A stretch of DNA of 62,085 nt, counting the filler, from Platydemus manokwari (taxonomy: Eukaryota), in the NCBI GenBank assembly GCA_037951405.1. It is 5 parts of 5 records of this genome, joined end to end, with 100 filler letters (N's around TTAATTAATTAA, not from the genome) between each part and the next. Parts side by side here need not be neighbours in the genome. Positions count along the whole stretch, not along the records: positions 51,326 to 62,085 come from JBBMOY011107886.1; 4 more parts are not named here. One strand, written 5' to 3'. Below are positions 52,708-62,085 of the stretch, in pieces (position 1 is the stretch's first letter; every line of letters starts with the position of its first letter). The translations under genes were made by a program, and so were the position numbers. The notes beneath the pieces are model-generated. The model saw nothing but the letters and a program-made list of their open reading frames with translations, did not search any database and had not been told where the DNA came from.

Positions 52708-54781
52708 TTTTAAAAGCTTTTATTGCATTTTTCCCTTGATGTTTCTGAACATAATTAAGAATGGGTTGTTTGAGAGCGCGCTAAAAAAAACTCTATTAAT
52801 GTTTGACAGAAATCTAAATAAGCAACTCTGGTCCAATAAATATTTTTCGAATGATTCAAAGAAAAAGTAGTCAAAAAATCGTTCCAGCAATTGATGGTTT
52901 GGTAACTGTTCGGTCTCACAATAGGTTCAACTGATAAATAATCCGTATTGGAAAACGATTCGAATTGATTGGCTTTGTGGTTCCGTTGTGAGTCTATTGG
53001 AGCAGTCAGTGGTTCGTTATTGACTAAATCATTACAACTAAATGACGATAACAAACCGAATACGATCACATACTAAAGGGTGAATATAAATATCGTTTAT
53101 TATCTAGGGATTGTAAATTCAAATCCGACGGTTTCTTGCGAACACCTGGAAACGGAATTAATTAAAACAAATTATATATATGAAAAATTTAGCAAATAAT
53201 TGAGTAATGCCAATGATAATTATCAAGACATGAAATACGAAGGAAATCTTGAGAAGACATTCCTTGCAATTTAGTGGTCATTTAATTTTTCCAACCTAAA
53301 TGAATCACATCCTCCAAATTAATATCATAAACTTGGTTGCTAATAATCCAAAAGCGCATATCGACGAGTACTACTTCTGTAAGCCAAGAAGAATCTTTCG
53401 TACCAACTCAATCATCTTTCCAATTATTGAAGAAAAATCAATACGAAGATCACAATATAGCGATGTATAATTGTTGGTCTATGCTACTAGTATGATGATA
53501 TCAAATGATAATGTAATCATAACAATACTGAAGAAAACATGAAATGAAATAGCCTTGAATATGAACTCTCCAATCCGTTATTTCTAGAGAAAGGTAGACT
53601 GTAATTGTCAATGGTAAAATCAGCATACTCATGAAACATTTATAAAATTATTAGATCATCAATCATGAACTCAGTGATTCTGGTAAATGATTTGACCAAC
53701 ACTGTTCTCAAATAAATTCAACTTCAAAACAGAAAGATTTCCTGTCATCCACACACCTGCACACACACACATTTTATGATTATTCATAGGTCTTCCATTG
53801 ATAATATTAAAAACTACGATTCTCTAAATATAATCATTAAGGACAAGTTGATTTCAAAATCTGACATCATTCTTCGAACAGCCTGATGTATAATTATCGA
53901 TAAACAAATAAATTTACCTTTGATAACGATATAAATAAATGATCATCAATATTTGAACAAATTCATGTTGAATGATTATTTACAAAATCATTACGAAAGT
54001 TTACGCCGGTTGTTTGTATATAAATATTCCATAAATCTCACCAATAATGGTGATAACATCAACAAATTATATATGTCCTCGATTGAGATGAACTTTCACC
54101 ATTGTTGACCTGGAGATTTCATCAGTCTCGACATTAAAACGTTAAAACACTGGAGACAGGGTAGACTTGGATTTTTAAACTTTTTATTTTGAAAAAAAAT
54201 CTAAACGTTTCCTTGTTTTATTATCATTTTTATTTGGAATCATTTTTCAGAAATTTTATCACCAGACTGACGAGCAATAATACCATCTCGATTAGTGTCA
54301 GACTCGATCATAGAACATGAAATTATAATTTCACTTTCCAAAGTCATTTCTGATCATGAAATGAAGCTGATCTTATAATATTAACAGTTCTACATTATCT
54401 TTACATTTCAAAGAAAATTAGCAAAGGTGATATTTCATCTCATTTTCAAAACAAGCAGTAATATGAATCCCATAGAAGCCCACTATTTCATTTAATTCAT
54501 CTTAGTGCCTTAAACAGATGCATTTGAGGTCGAATCGACAGCATAATGATAGACAAATTGGCATTACTCATTCGGTCCACATATTGGCATTACTCATATT
54601 AGCACACACACAATCACAAACACTCGATACTCCATTGCATTAGCTCATCGTTATTAAATATTCAAAAATATCTACTACTACTACTATTACTACTACTTAC
54701 GAACGGATTGACTCGGATTCGTAGATTTCTCTTTGTCGAGGTTTTCTGCTGGCGGAACATCATAAATACTGTACGTGGATT
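52708..54781 (-). CDS. Internal exons of a probable MyTH4-domain protein (54701-54781, 53074-53145, 52827-53023, 52708-52780)
   Basis: GT-AG boundaries give one open, phase-consistent frame: STYSIYDVPP..VRKKPSDLNL..INNEPL..KNIYWTR|RALKQPILNYVQKHQGKNAIKAFK. The end resembles the MyTH4 start (W..I..P.L...A...FK) of myosin VII/X/XV, PLEKHH and ARHGAP39. One donor (GTTGCT) is weak. The gene runs toward an assembly gap. Confidence 0.55.
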
Positions 54782-57700
54782 CTGAAAATGTATGAAATCA
54801 TTTTAATCTATTATCTAAAACGAAACAGGTGTTGATATGCAATCTTATCAGTTGATATCTCATCAAACACCACCAACTCAATGCTTGTTTATTAGTCACA
54901 GCAAAATCGTTCTCAAATGTTAGTATCGATCAATGATTTAAACAAATTTATCATCACAAATTGTATTGATTAAAACACTTGCCAATGATGATTAAGCTGA
55001 GAAAACTACAGAAATTATCAACTTTGATTTCATGGTGATATTTAAAAATGGATTCGTTTTTCGTCAAACATAGAACTGCACTCTCTATGGTTCGTAGCGA
55101 ATGACTAACAGATATTGGTAGACCGAAAAACAAAATTTTGTCTAGTTATTGATTTATGTAAATATCAATATAATGTTTCGTCCCAACATAAAACCAAAAC
55201 ATCGTAAACGATGATGGGAAACTCCGAAAGTCATTGTTTGTTGAAAACAATTATAATTTCTAAAAATCCAAACCGGACCAATCAAAAAATACCTTTATAA
55301 TAATAATAAAAAATAAAATCCAAATAAATCATCGGGTAAAGATTCGAGAATTATAGAAATGTTGCTATCAGATGTAGATACCATATTAGCATCGATATAT
55401 GTCGGGTTTTATACATTTTGTCTTAAAGAAATAGTCCAAAATTGCTATCAAAGTATTTTTATTAGAGAGATTGCACATCGCATTAAAGTCGGAACCTTAA
55501 ATAACTGAATTTAAAATATTCTGGGATACTAAAATTGCAGTCTTACATTCTAAGTAAGTCGACATGTTAAAGTCTCCTGGAGATATTTTATTAAATACTA
55601 CAACATTATTTTGGGAATTTATATAAATCAAAGGGGCTTGTAGATATACATTCCTGGTATGAGTTGAGATTAGAAATGAAGAATATTCGTTATAAACAGG
55701 AAACTATTCTCACACTTAATTCCTGATTTGTTTCCATCTTTGTTTGGAGAATAGTTTATGAGTAATGGAATCCAAAATCAATCAGATCGCGTTTCCACAA
55801 ACAGTAATAAGTTATAATGAAGTTGGGTGAGCTCTCATTGGGTTCGAAAACACGACTGAGAGCATTATAAAATGATAGATTTGATATCATATCAGATATC
55901 GAGCAGCAGTCTATTGGTGGACTGTCAGTTGGAATTATCTCATGTCCATTCAAATCATCACCATCATAATCATAGGCCATATTAATATGTTCAATACCAT
56001 ACGATATGTTTCATTTACATTTCACAGCTTTTCTAAACCAATCAGCGGATTGAGTTCGTGAATAATTTTATCACGGGAAAAGACTCAAGCAATACGATAA
56101 ATATTTATAAGCATTATAAATGAATGAGAAAATAAATATCAAATACAGGTTAGCAGTTGTCATAATATCTGAATTATGAATGCGATTTAATAATGTCGCG
56201 CAAAACCGAAGAAGTCAATAAATAAAAATAATTAAAGATGGTTTTATTGATTATGCGATCATTCTCAACGTAAATTGGCATTATTATAACTATCTCAATG
56301 ATAACCGTTCCATATCAATTGATCAATAAGTTATGTGGTATGAAGTGATGAATATATATATTTGCTATTGTAGAACAGTTCTACCAGACCAATAATTGTC
56401 TACAATAATTGCATTGGTGCTGTTTAAAGATTGAGGCGCCATTTACAATGAAACGTTTCAACAATGCTTTGAAATTAGATCTGAATTTTTAACGATAAAT
56501 TGGATTTATTTTCAAGATTTCAATGAGATTATTGTTTATCAAACTTAACATAATAATAATCAATAATAATTACGCAATAAATAAAACAAAAAATAAAATA
56601 ATAATGTTGATAATAATAAAGGAATAAATTATATGAAAAATAAAACGAATAGAAATAAAGTTAAGAAGNNNNNNNNNNNNNNNNNNNNNNNNNNNNNNNN
56701 NNNNNNNNNNNNNNNNNNNNNNNNNNNNNNNNNNNNNNNNNNNNNNNNNNNNNNNNNNNNNNNNNNNNNNNNNNNNNNNNNNNNNNNNNNNNNNNNNNNN
56801 NNNNNNNNNNNNNNNNNNNNNNNNNNNNNNNNNNNNNNNNNNNNNNNNNNNNNNNNNNNNNNNNNNNNNNNNNNNNNNNNNNNNNNNNNNNNNNNNNNNN
56901 NNNNNNNNNNNNNNNNNNNNNNNNNNNNNNNNNNNNNNNNNNNNNNNNNNNNNNNNNNNNNNNNNNNNNNNNNNNNNNNNNNNNNNNNNNNNNNNNNNNN
57001 NNNNNNNNNNNNNNNNNNNNNNNNNNNNNNNNNNNNNNNNNNNNNNNNNNNNNNNNNNNNNNNNNNNNNNNNNNNNNNNNNNNNNNNNNNNNNNNNNNNN
57101 NNNNNNNNNNNNNNNNNNNNNNNNNNNNNNNNNNNNNNNNNNNNNNNNNNNNNNNNNNNNNNNNNNNNNNNNNNNNNNNNNNNNNNNNNNNNNNNNNNNN
57201 NNNNNNNNNNNNNNNNNNNNNNNNNNNNNNNNNNNNNNNNNNNNNNNNNNNNNNNNNNNNAAACAAAAATCAAGCTAATTATATAAATCTTAACATTCTT
57301 ATGCTTTCTTCAATCTTGAAGAAAATTGTGACTCATATATTGAACACCACTAAGATTTGGTAAAGAGGAAATCAGCTGGTTAAGCGAATAATAACAAATT
57401 TTATTTTCGAAGACACTCGAGTTCTATTTTGACAGTTTTAGTCGGATATAGAGCGTCTTAAGCAGCAAAATTTAATTAAATAAGGCCAACATGTTTTATT
57501 ATAAATTTATTATTGCTCGATCAGCTCATATATTGATTTTTTTTCAATCGAATTGTCTTTTAAGATTTGGAAGAAAGTGATTTCATCAATTTTAGTCCTT
57601 ATCAGTCCATTTCAGTCCATTTATAGCGATCAGGAAATTATTATTTTTAAGCTATGTCTAAAATTCGAATTGTGTCTAATGTAAAACCATAGAAACAAAA

Positions 57701-60700
57701 TCCCGATGTAATAATATAATAATAATAATAACCAGCTTCAATGACTAAATCAATATTATGTAAGACNNNNNNNNNNNNNNNNNNNNNNNNNNNNNNNNNN
57801 NNNNNNNNNNNNNNNNNNNNNNNNNNNNNNNNNNNNNNNNNNNNNNNNNNNNNNNNNNNNNNNNNNNNNNNNNNNNNNNNNNNNNNNNNNNNNNNNNNNN
57901 NNNNNNNNNNNNNNNNNNNNTTATTAAGATAAAATTTTATATTTTCAGTAAATAATGTCATCAAATATATCTCAGAACATTTACCATATTTATATAAATA
58001 ATAAAAAATAATTATTATTGGATAATTATTAAGGGTATAATATAATTAATTATTAAATCGTCGATATCGAAATATCAATTTTATTGTGATTCCCGTTATT
58101 GGAATATCTAAACTCTAAAATTCAGATCTAATATTTTTTGATAACAGCCAGTGAAAATGAATTCGATAACTCAACGGAACAATTTCTGTTTGTAAATAAC
58201 TGGTTACCATCAGTCTGTTTCGATGTTATTTCCAGACAATTTTCTACTGCTAGATAATTCTAGGCTAATTCGTGAAAAATTTTCAATTAGTTTTCCCTTC
58301 TTTTACAGCGACGACTAGAAATATCTGCCCAAAACTGCAAAACTAGGTCAGAAATAATTATGATTGTCGTCATCATTATTATGTTATCCGAACTATTGCT
58401 CAATCATCGCTGGTGAAGTTATTATAAAAAATGAGTTTAATAATAATAAATTAAATAATTAATTAAATAAACGTCATTGTAATCGCAATAATATAAAATG
58501 ATTAAATTAACGAAAATTAAGACAACAAAAAATACAAAATAAATTATAGATCTGCTTAATATATTATCTGGAATTTATTCACTCTCTACTTTGGATGACT
58601 TGTATTTTAAATCACTTGATATGGCATCGTTTGAATATCACTAAAATATTTTAAAATTTCGTTTTCTGCAATTCTTAATATCAATTTAACAAACGCAGTC
58701 AAATTTGATTGGCTGGATCGATGAAAAGTCCATATGACGTAATTGGCATGAAATTACAATGAAATTTAAAAGAAACCGGTAAATTAGACTGCCACAAAAC
58801 CACTAGTAATTATAGGCGAGTTTAAGATGGCCAATTGCTTGTATGGGAGTTCTAATCGAACTCTTAATTTAATTTTTACATGTTTATTAATATTATTACT
58901 CGAGTTAAGGTGATGTAAATAAATCCGTATATCGCATGAAAATATTATTATTTATTTATTTATTGATAAATAATATTAAGTTAGTGTTTCATTTCATTGA
59001 AAAACACTACAAAAATTCCAATCTGCCAACCTATCAATGGCTTTCAGTATATAATAACTTCATCAATATACAACGGAATCACACCTGTTAAGTAATTCCA
59101 CCAATGTTCTGACTTGTCAAATAAAAATCCGATAGCTATTTAAGCAATGACAAACATCCCAATAGAAAATGAAAACCATACGAAGAATGCCGGGACGATA
59201 TGTTATTTATATGGGCTTTTATTTATCTCATTGAGACAATATATTTTGACAGCCAATTTCATGTAGGACATCATAGTTGGCACCATTAAATGGCATTATA
59301 ATTTATCGATTTTTTCATTCATGGCTAAAACATATTTGCTCATGATCTCACAAACGAATATTTGCAAAATCGATAAATAGAATTTATACATTAACACTTG
59401 ATAAGCTTCAAACTCAACTTCCATTTGAGAACGATTAGATATCGATATTTGAAATCAATAAAGCAAATTTATCAATGTTCTGTCATCAGTCTTTAATTCC
59501 ATTGGATAAAAAATAAAAATAATAATAATTAATTTTTGAAAATATCTTTTTTAGTAGCGTTAATTTGATTTATTAATGTTATGAATCGGTAAACCGAAAA
59601 ACAATAATTTCCACAAATATTTGTTTTATTGAATTGGTTGATGTTATCAATTGAATTCTATCCATTATTATATATTCTCGGATGAATTGCAAATCGATGA
59701 TTGTTAAGTGGAGTTGAAAGATTAAATTTGATTTTAGTAGGAAAGAGAAAGATATTAATTCAATGACGAAATAAAGAAAAAGTAAAACTCCCGAAAATGA
59801 CAACCAAAAATTGGTGACAATTTTAAAATTTGAATTCCCGCAGTTTTTAATACGGACAGAATTACAGCTATATATGTATATATATATTAGAAGATATTTA
59901 TCGTCATATATGAACTGTAAATCGATCATGAATTTATCGGTCGATGTTCCGATAAGACGGACTGATTGACTAATATTGGTATTAAATACAAAACATTTTT
60001 CATCGACAACTTAAAGTGCACGCTTAATAAATCAAGCTATTTTGATGTCATGAAAAGTTGGTGACGTAATAAGATGTGGAGGTGTATCAATTCGATTCAT
60101 ATTACTGATTGCACGGTAACGAATATAATTTCAATGAACAAAAAACATGTCCCCTTTCATATTTCCATGTTCCTTATCTGTTTATGAACCACTCAAAGTA
60201 CGATGAAAATCCTTGTTATAAAGCCTGATGCTCAGAGCCCAATAGCTGACGATATTTTATAATAATTTTTCACAAACGCAATAGCTAGTTTGATTTGGTT
60301 CCCTAGCTATGATAAACAGGTTCAAGTTAGACTCTCGATGTTTTTAATGATAACGCTGTTATATGGTATCAAAGAATTGCGATTCATTTGTTCCATATGT
60401 GGGGGAAATTTTGGACATCCATATTTTTGAATAAAAGCAAAGTATTAAAACAATCCCAATTGATTTAAATCGTGCATCATTATTATTATAAAGATTATTT
60501 TAATACGCAACCATTAAACGGTCTCGCATGAATATTGATGCTTACAAAGATAAGAAAACCAATGATGAAAATATAATATATCAAGATTAATGGCTATTGT
60601 ATCAATATATTAGAAACACATACTCTTCATACAATCTTTGATAAATGGACAAAATAATCAACAAGGTAACAGATATAAGGTACATAATTATGTCAAGTAT

Positions 60701-61619
60701 TTTGGGTAGGAGGGGGGGTTAGCAATACTTTAACCATACCACTTGCAGTGACAAGTTTTGTGAATTAGAATCGATAATTTTAATAGTGCAATATCAGACG
60801 AGAAATTATATTGAGTTGAATAAAACTGATGGCCATTAGTCGACTAAACGTAAAATACAAACATGAAAAAAACCTTTGGAAACAAAGTTCAATTGGATAC
60901 CGATCAATACAATTATCGTTTGATACAATATAGATAAAACCTGTTGGATAACATGATAATAAGTGGATATGTTATACCTAATAATTGTTGACCTAATACC
61001 AATGACCGAATATATATTGGTGTATTCAATGCCCTTCTCATGTACCGTGATTAGTGGGGAGAACTACGAAAATGCAAATAACAAAGGTATAATAATATAT
61101 AATTATTGTTTCGACAGCTTTAATAGTGTGATTATTAATACGACTTAATTGTTGTGCAAGTCGAAAAGTGCATAAGCACACACCAAGTTTTATTCATCGG
61201 TCACTGAATAATTTGAAAATTTAACAACAACTTGTTTAAATCAAATACAGCTCTATTAATTGCGAGATATTTCTTGCGATAAACAAAACACAAACATTGT
61301 GAATATGAATTCCAATGTGAGATATCATCACAAAAATTCCATGAATATTTTTTATCTTTATATGGATAATGAAATTCAATAATAAAGTTCACACCTACAC
61401 ATATAGTGGCGAATATAAACAAGAATTCACGTGGTGGTTTTCGCTGAAGAATTTCATGATAAATTCTTTGATAAAAATGTTCAGGTATTTTATATGTCAC
61501 TCTGTTGCATCATCGGGTAGGATGATTCCAAAATGTATAGGATTGGAATGAATATTTATTTAACCAATAAAGATAATGTGTAAATTGAGAAATATAGGCA
61601 AGACAGTTTTGAAAAGTTC

Positions 61620-62036
61620 CATTTCATTCACGATAACACTCGACTGCATACGGCACGTTTAATTCAAAATAAGCTCGTTGAGATCGGTTTTACAGTAATA
61701 TCGCATCCACCATACTCTCCAGACCTTGCCCCTTTCAGACCATTACCTGATTCTCTTATGAAAAACTCACTTCTTGTGAAAACATATCATTCGCAGAAGA
61801 GGTTAACAATGATTTGGAAAAGTGGTTCGTTTAAAACATGCGGAATTCTGTGAAAATGGAATAAAACAACTTCCAGAACGCTGGCAAGAGTGTATGGACC
61901 TTAAAGAGGACTATTTTCTACATTTCAGATTTGCAGACGAATGATGTTTTGTTTATATTTCTCAATTTATATGTTGTCTTTATTGGCTAAATAAATATTA
62001 TTTTCTATCGGACAAGACTTTCGTTCCAATCCTATA
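61620..62036 (+). mobile_element. Mariner transposon 3' remnant with probable right TIR
   Basis: FIHDNTRLHTAR..SHPPYSPDLAP..ENGIKQLPERWQECMDLKEDYF, with frameshifts. TIR-like cggacaagactttcgttccaatcctata at 62009-62036. Confidence 0.85.
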
Positions 62037-62085
62037 TTTGTGATCTCACGTGTCTCTGAGAGAATTGATTATCATTACCAGATAT

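Noticed and set aside
52755-52850. YWTRVAYLDF resembling the SMAD MH2 start
   Set aside because: Similarity is weak and the frame stops shortly after. The spliced MyTH4-like reading fits better.
56629-57964. Long ORFs made mostly of X (also 52514-52699)
   Set aside because: Artefacts of translating through N gaps.

Overview
Very AT-rich eukaryotic (animal) genomic DNA with GT-AG introns, several only about 46-85 nt long, plus AAT microsatellites, many decayed transposons and assembly gaps. The style suggests a flatworm/planarian, but that is inference. Host genes: UQCC2 and METTL25 (minus strand, overlapping by an ATGA stop/start), the last three exons of a nicotinic acetylcholine receptor subunit, an intronless calmodulin-like gene, and four phase-consistent exons of a probable MyTH4-domain gene. 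Transposon debris includes Merlin, hAT/Charlie (two copies with TIRs and TSDs), mariner, NeSL/R2-like LINE and gypsy gag remnants. The most notable region is about 41.6-49.2 kb (minus strand): a degenerate Ty3/gypsy element whose integrase is followed by a co-oriented, virus-like train of accessory ORFs. These are a signal-peptide/FN3-like/mucin-stalk/TM protein apparently fused to Pol, a roughly 580-codon ORF behind a splice acceptor carrying an ISG20/REXO4-like DEDDh exonuclease fold without its catalytic residues, two small secreted-type ORFs and further unknown ORFs, with recurrent TTTGGAGTCA PBS-like motifs. All family assignments are by-eye motif recognition, not database searches.
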